From Octopus sinensis (taxonomy: Eukaryota), in the NCBI RefSeq assembly GCF_006345805.1, contig NC_042997.1, forward strand, positions 43,338,001 to 43,402,000: DNA of 64,000 bases, read 5' to 3'. This document shows positions 1-12,138 of this stretch, piece by piece (position 1 is the first letter of the stretch; every line of letters begins with the position of its first letter). The translations under genes were made by a program, and so were the position numbers. The notes beneath the pieces are model-generated. The model saw only the letters and a program-made list of their open reading frames with translations, was not told where the DNA came from and made no database searches.

Positions 1-631
1 GGGGTCGATTAAATAAGTACCACTTACGCACTGGGGTCGATATAATCGACTTAATCCGTTTGTCCTCTCTGTGTTTAGCCCCTTGTGGGTACTAAAGAAA
101 TAGATATGAAAGGAAGAGTGGTAGAGTTCTGAGTTCAAATTCCGCCGAGGTCGACTTTGCCTTTCATCCTTTCGGGGTGCACTGGGGTCAATATAATCGA
201 CTTAATCCGTTTGTCTGTCCTCGTTTGTCCTCTCTGTGTTTAGCCCCTTGTGGGTAGTAAAGAAATAGGTATGAAAGGAAGAGTGGTATTATAAGCATAA
301 AAAGTAAAAGTTTGTAGGCAATAAATAGTATTAGTAATATATCTAATTTTGGCACCAGGCCAGTAATTTTGAAGGGAAGGGTAAATCAATTACATTGATC
401 TCAGTACTCAACCAGTTCTTATTTTATTGAACTGAAAAGATTGAAAGGCAAAGTTTACCTGGGTGGCATTTGAACTTGGAATGTAAAGAACTGGAAGAAA
501 TGCTGCTGCTGCACATTTTACTGACACAGTAGTGACTCTGGCAGCTCATCACCTACCTGAACTATATTAGTAATAATAACAGCAATGATGCCAGTAACTA
601 AAACTTTAATGCTCATATCAGTACTAATTTC

Positions 632-1173
632 AAATCCTCATATGACCCTGAAGATGGCAATGGGGAAATATTGCCCATTCAAAGTACCCTGGATCCCAGA
701 ACGTCCCGTTGTGCTTGAGGAGACCTGTTGAGTCAAGTACATGAACATGAACATCGAAATAAATATCAATGGAAATAGTAGTTGTGATGCCTGTGCCGGT
801 GGCACATAAAAAGCACCATCCAAATGTGGCCGATGCCAGCACCGCCCTGACTGGCTTCTGTGCCGGTGGCACATAAAAAGCACCATCCGAACGTGGCCGT
901 TGCCAGTGCCGTCTTGGCTGGCTTCTGTGCCGGTGGCATGTTAAAAGCTCCAACCGATCGTGGCCGATGCCGGACCCCCCTGGCACCTGTGCAGGTGGCA
1001 CGTAAAAAGCACCCACTACACTTGCGGAGTGGTTGGCGTTAGGAAGGGCATCCAGCTGTAGAAACACTGCCAGATCAGACTGGGCCTGGCGCAGCCTTCT
1101 GGCTTCCCAGATCCCAGTTGAACCGTCTAACGCATGCTAGCATGGAAAGCGGACGCTAAACGATGATGATGAT
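632..1173 (+). mobile_element. 5'-truncated RTE copy (3' UTR only)
   Basis: Same 3' end and (GAT)n tail as the 14918 LINE; four hairpin units; nearly matches the copy at 40843. Confidence 0.85.
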
Positions 1174-1468
1174 CTCACCTGAATCTTTTGTTGAAGGTGC
1201 AGTATCTAAAAGGTCCCTACTGATCTTATGTGTTACACAACATTAGAGCTTTGTTCTTCACTTGAAGCATTGTTGTACAAAAGAAGGAAAAGAAAAGGGA
1301 CAATAAGAAAGCTTCTAACAATGCAGGCAGTTTTACAAAAAAACTTTATGTAGGTTGCAGGAGTAGCTGTGTGGTAAGTAGCTTGCTTACAAACCACATA
1401 ATTCCAGGTTCAGGCCAACCAAAGCTTTCTGAGTAGATTTCGCAGACAGGAACTAAAACAAGCCCATC

Positions 1469-1507
<39 letters not shown>

Positions 1508-1588
1508 TTGATAGAAATGGCAAGACAACAAAAGAATGAAAGAGACCTTGATGTTATGTAAATAGAGGAATTTATCTGTAAATATAAT

Positions 1589-1720
1589 ATGTGACATTTA
1601 TTCGGTAGCCATGATAAAACTCTGAGTTTCGGATGTTGGGGCAGAAACCCAAGCCAGCATGAGTTTCCGCCCCGACATCCAAAACTGAGTTTTATCATGG
1701 CTACCAAATAATTGTCACAT
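1589..1720. repeat. Foldback element (arms of about 59 bp)
   Basis: atgtgaca...ggtagccatgataaaactc / gagttttatcatggctacc...tgtcacat. Confidence 0.9.
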
Positions 1721-2377
1721 GACCGAGACCTTTGGAAATATGCTGTGCATGAAAAGACCAGGCAGGACAAGTGAGCCCAGCCCACTTATGCATGCCTTTC
1801 CTCCCTTGGACACACAAAGACCTGTTGAGACAAGCGAAGTCGATATCGAACCTCATCCGACGACAGGCACCTATGCCAACCCCACTTTGCTTGTGAAGAC
1901 CTGGTGGGGCAAATGAAATCGAAATCGGAATCGAAATTGAATCAATCCTATGACTGGCACCTAGCACATGCCAGGACCCCTGGACTGGAGATACGTAAAA
2001 AGCACTATCCGAATTGTGGCCGATGCCAGCGCCGCCTCGACTGGCTTCCGTGTCGGTGGCACGTAAAGAGCACCATCCGAATCGTGGCCGATGCCAGTGC
2101 CGCCTCGACTGGCTTCCGTGCAGGAGGCACGTAAAATGCACCAATCTGACCGTGGCCGATGCCAGCCTCGCCTGGCACCAGTGCAGGTGGCACATAAAAA
2201 GCACCTACTACACTCACGGAGTGGTTGGTGTTAGGAAGGGCATGCAGCTGTAGAAACATTGCCAGATAAGACGGGAGCCTGGTGCAGCCTTCTGGCTTCC
2301 CAGATCCCCGGTCGAACCGTCCAACCCATGCTAGCATGGAGAACGGACGTTAAACGATGATGATGATGATGATGATA
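1720..2377 (+). mobile_element. 5'-truncated RTE copy (last codons plus whole 3' UTR)
   Basis: Encodes DRDLWKYAVHEKTRQDK*, versus DRDLWKCAVREKTRQDK* in the full LINE; then UTR and (GAT)n tail. Confidence 0.9.
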
Positions 2378-2894
2378 TATATATATATATGTATGTGTGT
2401 CTGTGTTTGTTCCACCACCATCACTTCACAACTGATGTTGGTGTGTTTACGTCCCTGTAACATAGCAGTTCTGCAAAAGAGACTGATAGAATAAGTACTA
2501 GGCTTACAAAGAAGAAATCCTAGGGTCGATTTGTTCAATTAAAGGCAGTGCTCCAAAATGACTGCAGTCAAATAACTGAAACAAATAAAAGAATAAAACA
2601 TTTTGGGTCCAAAGGCCCATCCTCGGAAGGAAACAGTTTGGGAAAACTCTCCAACTGTTGGAGATTGTTGTCTACATCAAGTTGGAGGTTTGCTTATACC
2701 AACAGTTGGTGAGTGGCTGCTGCTAACTTAATGCTGAAGAGTTTGAGTAAGGTAACAGAATAGGTGTAACTGGGCATTTTCAAATTGTTTCCTTGTGAGA
2801 ATGGGCCTTTGCACATGGAATGTAAAGGTTTTTGTAAAAACTTTCTGCATTGTTAGACACTTTCTTATTTTCCCTTTTATACAACATTATCTAA

Positions 2895-3116
2895 CCCTTT
2901 AGCATTTAAACCGGCCATATCCGGCCAAAAGTATTCTGCCTGTTTTATGTTCAAACTGGCCAGATCTGGTCTCTCACACCAACCCTACAATATCGTTTTA
3001 AAAATGAACAGCCACCTCATCAAAATCTCATAGCTACAAGATTAATGCCTGATTAGTTCAAAACAATGTGAATAAAAAAGCATTAATTTCAGCAGAATAA
3101 TGTGAACACTAAAGGG
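2895..3116. mobile_element. piggyBac-type MITE
   Basis: CCCTTTAG/CTAAAGGG termini; ctaa and TTAA flanks. Confidence 0.8.
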
Positions 3117-3213
3117 TTAAATGTAGATGAACAGAAATTTCGCATATAATTTAAAATAATTTTTGTATAGATATCTCTCATTTAAAATATGCTTTTATCT
3201 TTTCATTTTTCAG

Positions 3214-3341
3214 AAGTTTGGGACTGGATTTGGCTGGGACTCTTTGTAGCTTATCAGTTGTTATTCTTTGTTCTACCGGTGAATTATTTGTATGAAAATA
3301 ATCTGCCACCAGCCTCTGCAGTAATCATTGTCACAGAACAG
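3214..3341 (+). CDS. SOAT1: Sterol O-acyltransferase, first exon in the window (gene 5' part lies upstream of the window)
   Basis: tttttcag acceptor and gtactg donor; encodes VWDWIWLGLFVAYQLLFFVLPVNYLYENNLPPASAVIIVTEQ, matching the ACAT1 LPPAS..II.EQ segment; 128 nt (2+42 codons), ends in phase 0. Confidence 0.9.
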
Positions 3342-4128
3342 GTACTGTTTCACCTTTTTTTATCTTCTCTTTTGCAGTTATCAGTACTTTTCATCATCTG
3401 GTATGAGCGATTGAGGCAGTGTTAGATTAAAATAGCCCTCTGTGTATCATACTTAATGTGTGCACACTGTCAGCAAGCCAGTTACTGTGGTGTTTGTCCC
3501 AATACAACATCTCTTATGGATGTGCTGTGTAAGAAACATAAAATCCAGAATGAGACAAAAATTCATTCCAACCAGTGGCCAGTGAGAAAGCCAGTTGCAT
3601 TTCAGCCTTATTGAGCCTTTTCAGTAACATGTACTCACAACCAACCACATGCTCAGATGAGAAACTAACAACTGGCTGAATAAAAATCCAGTGTGTGTAA
3701 CTGAGGCACTATTAAATTAAAATAACCATCTATATTGGATTTTTATTCAGCTCGGTGGCTATTTGCAGCATCAGTTATGTTTTATTCACTTATTTTTCAT
3801 ATCAGAGGCAATGAATTCTTGTCTGAGCATGTGGTTGGCTGCAAATATGTTGCCACTGAATCTCCCTGGGACAAATTTTCCTCTCCCTCTGATATTTACT
3901 ATTTTTAACACAGCATGTCGATAAGAGATGTTATCTTGGGACAAATACTGAAGTAACTGGCTTATCAACATTGTGTATCCAGCCCAAATATTCAACCAGT
4001 TTTACATTCAGACTGGCCAAGTCTTGCCTTTCACACCTACCCTACAATGTAATTCTAAAATTAAATTATCACATCATTGAAATCTCAAAGCTATGAGATA
4101 AAGCATAATTAACTCAAACAATGAAGAT

Positions 4129-4460
4129 GCATGGCTCAGTGGTTAGAGTGTGGGGCTCATAATCATGAGTCAGTGAGTTCAATTCCTGGACCAGACTGTG
4201 TGTTGTGTTCTTGGGCAAGACATTTTATTTCTCGTTGCTCCAGTTCCCTCAGCTGTAGAAATGGGTTGCAATGTCACTGGGGCCAAGTTGTATCAGCCCC
4301 TTTGCCTTTTTCTTGGATAACATTGGTGGGGTGGAGAGGGAAGGCTGGTATGCATGGGCAACTGCTGATTTTCCATAAACAACCTTGCCTAGACTTGTGC
4401 CTTTCTATGTGCAATCCCATGGTTATTCTTGACCAAAAGGGGTCTTTACCCTTTACCTTA
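4129..4460 (+). mobile_element. tRNA-derived SINE family B; other copies at 10545-10882(-), 32795-33135(-), 53375-53612(+), 55790-55965(+) and 60395-60612(+)
   Basis: tggctcagtggttag A box and gagttcaattcc B box, then the cttgggcaag...gctccagt core. Confidence 0.8.
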
Positions 4461-4498
4461 ACTCAAAACAATATGAACAAGAGCACTCAGAGAGTGCA

Positions 4499-4840
4499 AA
4501 CCTCTGCCAAGGCAAAATTAACATTTCTCAACGATTAGCCAGAGATGATTTTTAAAATGAGATTATCTGAAATAAACTCAACTGCTCTCGCAAATGAGAA
4601 TACTAAACATGAACCCAACCACTCTCAAAAATTAAGTAAAAAAAAACAGGAAAAATAATGCCAAATCCTTGTCTGGTACTGAATCAATCTCAAAAACCTA
4701 ATCAGTTTGTGCCAGTCATGATGCCAAACATCCTTGAAAGTTTCATCTGAATCCATCCAGCGGTTCTTGAGATATCTTGTCCTGGACAAACAAACATAAC
4801 TGAAAACAATCTCTCCAATTTGCTAAGGTGGAGGTAATTA
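4499..4840 (+). mobile_element. Possible Helentron-associated (HINE-like) non-autonomous element
   Basis: Subterminal inverted motif acctctgcc...ggtggaggt, plus a 3' gacaaacaaac tract. Confidence 0.4.
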
Positions 4841-4854
4841 ATAAGCATTACATT

Positions 4855-5061
4855 ACAGCCTCGCCTGGCACCTGTGCAGGTGGCACGTAAAAAGCACCCA
4901 CTACACTCACGGAGTGGTTGGCGTTAGGAAGGGCATCCAGCTGTAGAAACATTGCCAGATAAGACTGGAGCCTGGTACAGCCTTCTGGCTTCCTAGATCC
5001 CCGGTCGAACCGTCCAACCCATGCTAGCATGGAGAACGGACGTTAAACGATGATGATGATA
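4855..5061 (+). mobile_element. 5'-truncated RTE 3' end
   Basis: Conserved ...catgctagcatggagaacggacgttaaacgatgatg end. Confidence 0.85.
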
Positions 5062-5880
5062 TGATTTGCCAGTAAACTGAATGCTATAAGACTGAGATAA
5101 TTATTTTACATTATGTTATTGATAACATGGCATTAATTCAATGAGCATGTATTTGCTTTAGTAACTCATTGTACTTGCTTTGAATTAACTCTACAGACCT
5201 TATCTGTATTGTGTATAGGTAGTAAAGCCACTGCAGAGGATTACATGATAATCTAGTGTCTGAAAGATCTTAAAATAATATTTTCTTGTCAAAAATCAAT
5301 GTCATTGTTTAATTGATATGTTTATTTGTGAAAGAAATCCCACTCAAATATCCAGTTACATGACATTTTGTCAAACAAACAGTCAAAGTTTGATTTTAAA
5401 AAATGCTTTGTGGTTGCATTAATTGGGACAATTTGATTTTATTGGCAGATGTATTTGAAGAAAATAAGTTTGTTTTTGTTTTTTTTTTTTACTCCAGAAT
5501 TTATATATTACAATATGTATGTTAATAAAAAAAGTAAATGTTAATAAGAAAATAAACAAAACTTAAGGAAAATCATCATGGGTTATACAATTTGATGAGA
5601 TAGAATTTCTACATCTGGATGCTCTTCCTGTCACCAACTGTTACTTGTTTCCAAACAAAGTAACATTTCTTTATGTCCAGGCATATTTTTGCAGTATAGT
5701 GAATATCATTTGTGCTATCATGCAATGCCAAGACGACACACACGCACACACACACAAAAGAAGAACCCAAGTGGGATTCCAAATTCACAGCAGCTGTTTC
5801 AGCCGTATCTTATAGATGCATTCTTAGATTAAATCATGGCAAAGACCTGTCATTGTTGAGTGAATTTTAAACATATAAAC

Positions 5881-6281
5881 AGGCGCAGGAGTGGCTGTGT
5901 GGTAAGTAGCTTGCTAACCAACCACATGGTTCCGGGTTCAGTCCCACTGCGTGGCATCTTGGGCAAGTGTCTTCTACCATAGCCCAGGGCCGACCAATGC
6001 CTTGTGAGTGGATTTGGTAGACGGAAACTGAAAGAAGCCTGTCGTATATATGTATATATATATAAGTGTGTCTGTGTTTGTCTCCCTAGCATTGCTTGAC
6101 AACCGATGCTGGTGTGTTTACGTCCCCGTCACTTAGCAGTTCGGCAAAAGAGACCGATAGAATAAGTACTGGGCTTACAAAGAATAAGTCCCGAGGTCGA
6201 TTTGCTCAACTAAAGGCGGTGCTCCAGCATGGCCGCAGTCAAATGACTGAAACAAGTAAAAGAGTAAAAGAGAGTAAGAGT
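5881..6281 (+). mobile_element. tRNA-derived SINE family A, complete copy
   Basis: Head aggcgcaggagtggctgtgtgg (A box) and ggttcagtccc (B box), internal (TA)n/(TG)n, tail (gtaaaaga)n. Confidence 0.85.
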
Positions 6282-6830
6282 TAAGATACAAATAAATTAC
6301 CAGTTTACCAACTACCATGGTGAAAACAAGTCTTGTTTTTACCATGATGTAATCTGAGAATGCATAAATATAATGCTACCGAAACAGCTGTTGTGAATTT
6401 TGAACATCACCTGTTTCCTTCTTTTATACATATTCTACACTTGGAACCATCCTTAGGTTTATATTGGATTGTGTACCTATGTATGTATCTATGTGTATAC
6501 TTATATAGATAAGAATGCACACAATATAATATCAACAAACAACAACTAAGAATTGCTTTAGCATGCTGTAAGCTCAATACTAAGTACCCAGCTGATCTCT
6601 CTCTCTCTCTATGTATGTATGTATATATACATATATATATCGAAACAATTTCACTCAGAATCCTCGATACAGAGTTTCAAGTGGCTAGGCTGAAGACTAG
6701 CCATGTGCTCGAAACTCAAAGTACCAAGGATTCTGAATCAAACTGTTTTGATCTGTATATTGTAATTCCTAATAAATGTGTTGAGTGCCCTTCATTCATT
6801 TGTCTACTCACTTGTGTACATATATATATA

Positions 6831-7620
6831 TCATCATCATCATCGTTTAACGTCCGTTCTCCATGCTAGCATGGGTTGGACGGTTCGACCGGGGATCTGT
6901 GAAGCCAGAAGGCTGCACCAGGCTCCCGTCTTATCTGGCAGTGTTTCTACTGCTGGATGCCTTTCCTAATGCCAACCACTCCGTGAGTGTAGTGGGTGCT
7001 TTTTACGTGCCACCTGCACAGGTGCCAGGCGAGGCTGGCAATAGCCACGGTCGGATTGGTGCATTTTACGTGCCACCGGCACGGGAGCCAGTCGAAGCGG
7101 GACTGGCATCGGCCACGATTCGGATGGTGCATTTTACGTGCCACCAGTCCAGGGGTCCTGACATCTGCCGGGTGCCAGTCATAGGATTGGTTCAATTTCG
7201 ATTCCGATTTCACTTGCCCCAACAGGTCTTCGCAAGCAAAGGGGGGTTGGCATGGGTGCCTGTCGTTGGATGAGGTTCGATATCGACTTCGCTTGCCTCA
7301 ACAGGTCTTTGTGTGTCCGAGGGAGGAAAGGCATGCATCATCATCATCATCATCGTTTAACGTCTGCTTTCCATGCTAGCATGGGTTGGATGATTAGACT
7401 GAGGACTGGTGAACCAGACGGCTGCACCAGGCTCCAATCTGATCTGGCCGAGTTTCTACAGCTGGATGCCCTTCCTAACGCCAACCACTCCGAGAGTATA
7501 GTGGATGCTTTTACGTGCCACCGGCACGAGGGCTAGTCAGGCGGTACTGGCAACGGTCACGCTCAAATGGTATTTTTTTATGTGCCACCTGCACAGGAGC
7601 CAGTTCAGCGGTACTGGCAA
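6831..7620 (-). mobile_element. Two adjacent RTE 3' ends (6831-7332 and 7338-7620)
   Basis: Each starts with (cat)n cgtttaacgtc on +; they belong to different subfamilies. Confidence 0.85.
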
Positions 7621-7686
7621 TGACCATATATATAAAACAGTGTGCGATGGGTAAATTGACGCCGTTTTATATTTTTAATTTCATAT

Positions 7687-7997
7687 ACGTAAAAAGCACC
7701 ATCCGAATCATGGCCGATGCCAGTGCCGCCTCGACTGGCTTCCGTGCAGGTGGCACATAAATTGTACCAATCCGACCGTGGCCGATGCCAGCCTCGCCTG
7801 GCACCAGTGCAAGTGGCACGTAAAAAGCACTCACTACACTCACGGAGTGGTTGGCGTTAGGAAGGGCATCCAGCTGTAGAAACATTGCCAGATAAAACCG
7901 GAGCCTGGTGCAGCGTTCTGGCTTCCCAGATCCCCGGTCGAACCGTCCAACCCATGCTAGCATGGAGAACGGACGTTAAACGATGATGATGATGATG
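7687..7997 (+). mobile_element. RTE 3' end, inverted relative to the 6831 and 7338 copies
   Basis: Near-identical reverse complement of 6831-7140. Confidence 0.85.
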
Positions 7998-8297
7998 TGT
8001 GTGCATTGTTTACATGACCATACCAGCGCAACCTTCTCTCTTGCAGACTACATCCGATGCCTCGTCCACCCAGTTTTTTCTCTCAAATCACTTACATGGT
8101 TGTTTCTGCATACTGTCACTTTCCACCCAGCCTTCAAGCCTCTACATGTCCTCAGCAGTCACAGCCCATGTTTCACTGCCATGTAGCATAACTTTTCACA
8201 TACATTTATAGAATTCTTTTCTCATTATTTTTGAAATGCTACCCCCAAGTTTCATTACAATCCAAGGGTGCAATAAACTGGGAGCCAAAATTAGATA

Positions 8298-8700
8298 CTC
8301 TTTTACTTGTTTCAGTCATTTGACTGTGGCCATGCTGGAGCACCGCCTTTAGTTGAGCAAATCGACCCCGGGACTTATTCTTTGTAAGCCCAGTACTTAT
8401 TCTATCAGTCTCTTTTTGCCGAACCGCCAAGTAATGGGGATGCAAACACACCAACATCGGTTGTCAAGCAATGCTAGGGGGACAAACACAGACACACATA
8501 CACATTATATATATATATATATATATGCATATATACGATGGGCTTCTTTCAGTTTCCGTCTACCAAATCCACTTACAAGGCATTGGTCGGCCCGGGGCTA
8601 TATAGCAGAAGACACTTGCCCAAGATGCCACGCAGTGGGACTGAACCCGGAACCATGTGGTTGGTTAGCAAGCTACTTACCACACAGCCACTCCTGCGCC
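8298..8700 (-). mobile_element. SINE family A
   Basis: As above. Confidence 0.85.
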
Positions 8701-8838
8701 TATTAAGATATTTACCTTAATTTTATTAACAGTAATATTCATGTGTTTGGCCTGAGTTCTAATTTCAACTTTGTCAATGTCATTTAAAGAAGTCTCACAG
8801 TTTTCTTTCTTTTCTTTCTTCTTCTTCTTCCTTTGTAG

Positions 8839-8914
8839 TTACGGCTAATAATGAAAGTTCACTCTTTTGTTCGAGAAAATGCACCAAAGGTTTTGAACTA
8901 CAAAAAAGCAGATA
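8839..8914 (+). CDS. SOAT1: SOAT exon
   Basis: ctttgtag...gtaagt; LRLIMKVHSFVRENAPKVLNYKKAD, containing the ACAT MKxHSFVREN motif; ends in phase 1. Confidence 0.95.
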
Positions 8915-9102
8915 GTAAGTGTAGGTGAATTATTTTATATTGTTCAGCATGGAAACCACCATCATCTTCTCCTAATTTTCAAAGTAGGATTTCTTCAGTC
9001 CCTATAACTTCATATTTCATTATGTAATCTTAACTCTCCAAGTACTTTTGTAACTCTATATCATTGTTGTTATGTGCTTTGTATTATGAATTTTATTTTA
9101 TA

Positions 9103-9848
9103 CTAGCAGTATCGCCCGGCGTTGCTCGGGTTTTTAAGGGAAATAACTATATAAGCATTTTTAGAGATGTAAAGTATAATAGCCATCTCAATATGACTAA
9201 CCACAAAGGGGGGGGGGTGTTACTGTAGCTTTTTACGTTCTGAGATTTAATAATAAATTTTTAGAGAGTTACTTCCCTTATATATGCCAAAAATGCATTA
9301 AAATGGGAAAAATTGATACTCTTTTACTTGTTTCAGTCATTTGTAAGCCCAGTACTTATTCTATCGGTCTCTGCCGAACCGCTAAGTGACGGGGATGTAA
9401 ACACACCAGCATCGGTTGTCAAGCAATGCTAGGGGGACAAACACAGACACACAAACATATACACACACACTTATATATATATATATATACATATATACGA
9501 CAGGCTTCTTTCAGTTTCCGTCTACCAAATCCACTCACAAGGCATTAGTCGGCCCGGGGCTATAGCTGAAGACACTTGCCCAAGATGCCACGCAGTGGGG
9601 CTGAACCCGGAACCATGTGGTTGGTTAGCAAGCTACTTACCACACAGCCACTCCTGCGCCTACATGGTAAATTATTTTTAAAATTGTAGACTCATCGTAG
9701 ACGCGCGCTAATACCCAGAAGGGCTCGATATGAATCACGACTATAAGACACCCGGTTTTGGTTAAACTGCACTGCAAAATGTGGGAGTAGTTAGGAATCT
9801 AAATCGTAGGAGACAGACAGCACACAACCTCACTTTTATATATAAAGA
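9103..9848 (-). mobile_element. Non-autonomous Helitron (398 bp) with a nested SINE
   Basis: On -: A/TC start, cccgagcaacgccggg hairpin 8 nt before CTAG/T; near-identical to the 12139 copy. Confidence 0.85.
9318..9663 (-). mobile_element. SINE family A nested in a Helitron
   Basis: As above, with an internal deletion. Confidence 0.85.
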
Positions 9849-9913
9849 TATCTTATGCTTTTGAATGTATGTATTATATCTTATATTTTTATCTATTTTT
9901 TGCTCTTATCCAG

Positions 9914-9998
9914 GTGATGATAATGTTTGTCCAGATTTTTCCAAATATCTTTACTTTTTGTTTTCTCCAACTCTTATTTATAGAGATTCTTATCCAAG
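9914..9998 (+). CDS. SOAT1: SOAT exon
   Basis: atccag...gtaaga; (S)[27 protein letters not shown](R), containing the MBOAT YFLFxPTLIYRDxYPR motif. Confidence 0.95.
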
Positions 9999-10346
9999 GT
10001 AAGAAAAATTATTCTTTTCAGCAAAATGTTGTTCATATTTTCTCAATTTGTTGCTACCCTTTTATCTTTATTTTTCTGAACATATTTTTTTCTTTTTTTT
10101 TACATTATCTCTATTACAAGATTATCTTCTTTGAAAATATAGTTTAGTTAATTAGAATTTAATAACGACTAAGGATCTACTGAGCATGATTATTGACAAT
10201 GTTGTTTATGATACTGGTTTATAAACTTCTAAAATCTACAGTTTCAAACTTCACACCGCTACTAATATTGCAGTCTACTAGTAATATAAGAATACTATAA
10301 GAAGATTATTTTTACTTAGCTAAGCTGGCAATTATTTTGGTATTTA

Positions 10347-10545
10347 TCATCATCATCATTGTTTAACGTCCGTTTTCCGCGCTAGCACGGGTTGGACGGT
10401 TCAACCGGGGTCTGGGAAGCCAGGGGCTGCACCAGGCTCCAGTCTGATCTGGCAGTGTTTCTACAGCTGGATGCCCTTCCTAACGCCAACCACTCCGCGA
10501 GTGTAGTGGGTGCTTTTTACGTGCCAACTGCACAGGTGCCGGGGG
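10347..10545 (-). mobile_element. RTE 3' end fused to a SINE
   Basis: (cat)n tail plus the conserved terminal 200 bp. Confidence 0.8.
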
Positions 10546-11432
10546 GGTGGGTAAAAACCCCCTTTGGTCATGAATGGCCATGGGATTGCACCTAGAAAGT
10601 TCCCCTCCTAGACACAAGTCCAGGCAAGGTTGTTTATGGAAAACCAGCAGTTGCCCCTGCATACCAACCTCCCATCTGCACACCATAGACATTATCCAAG
10701 GGAATGGCAAAGGGGCCAATACAGCTTGGTATCAATGATGTCACAACTCATTTCTACAGCTGATTCAACTGGAACAACATGAAATAAAGTGTCTGGATCA
10801 AGAACACAACACGCAGCCCGGTCTGGGATTCGAACTCACAACCTCATGATTGTGAGCTCGACACTCCAGTCACTGAGCCATTTGTACATCGGATCAAAGA
10901 GCAAACATTAGCAGATTGTGATTAGCTCCACTGTTAAATCCTCTTAATTAGCATATTAGAAATTCTTTATTATTCTGCTAATCGCCAATACTCGTTAGCA
11001 GCAACTTTCTTTCTAATCTGGCAGTAATTAGATAAATTTTACTGACTACATTATGAAGCATATACTTTGCAGTACTTGTTCAAACTTTTGACACATGTTT
11101 GTCTCCTATCTGTGTTAATGTGACACAATTCATGTGTGTGTGTGTGTGTGTGTACACTTAGGCTGTCAGTGACTAAACTGGCATTCCAACCAAGTGTGCA
11201 TGGTAAGGAAGGGTGGTTTTCATGAGTCACCATGCCTGATGAGAAACAAAGCCTGTCAAAGGTTGGATGAACTCAGTAGAATCAACAGCCATCCAACACC
11301 TGAAAGTGAGAGACCCCTAGTCTTTGTTTAGACATTTCTTTTGGAGAAGGATATTCTGAAATAGCACCTGGCTCATTGTGAGGCTGGATATCTTGCATTT
11401 GCTTGTTTCTGGACTATTTGGCTTTGAAGGTT

Positions 11433-11469
<37 letters not shown>

Positions 11470-11543
11470 GTGGTGTTGTACAAGGTGTTATTGTTTTAAC
11501 ATTAGTTTTGATCATACTTGTCAACAAGTTGACAGTCACCATG

Positions 11544-11587
<44 letters not shown>

Positions 11588-11859
11588 GTATGTATATAGC
11601 ATAGTGGTTGTGAAGTTAAGGTGCTGGAATTAACCCCACATGATCATAACTTCAGATTGTATTGCTGTACGCCTGAGCAAAGTATGTTAATCCATTTGTC
11701 TTTTGCCTGTCTGAAAAAATATTGCACCAAAATGCAATAACAGAAAAAGACAATGTAACCAATTCCGTTTAAATGTCTGAATATATTAACTCTCTTTGAA
11801 GTATTGTATTGTTTTGATATTGTCTCATACATACTTTGCCTTTTTCTTCTCTGCCCTAG

Positions 11860-12056
11860 GACTCAGAAAATCCGTTGGAATTATGTTGTTAGTAATTTTT
11901 CTCAAGTATTGGCCTGCCTCTTCTACACTTACTACATATTTGAACGCTTCTGTGTGCCCGTCTTCAGAAACTTTAACCGGGAACATGTTACTCCAAAAGC
12001 TCTGTTATTATCAGTCTTTGGTTGTATGCTACCTGGCACTCTTGTGCTCTTCATTG
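11860..12056 (+). CDS. SOAT1: SOAT exon
   Basis: ccctag...gtaagt; TQKIRWNYVVSNFSQVLACLFYTYYIFERFCVPVFRNFNREHVTPKALLLSVFGCMLPGTLVLFI; phases 2 to 1 fit the neighbouring exons. Confidence 0.95.
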
Positions 12057-12138
12057 GTAAGTATTTAGCACCAAACTGCTACAGTTACCTTTTTTTTTTT
12101 TTTAACATATACATGCAGCTTCAGATTTTTATATTAAA

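Noticed and set aside
6670-6720. ctgaaga...gaaac as a hammerhead ribozyme
   Set aside because: The segment between the cores does not form stem II; it pairs with upstream sequence instead.
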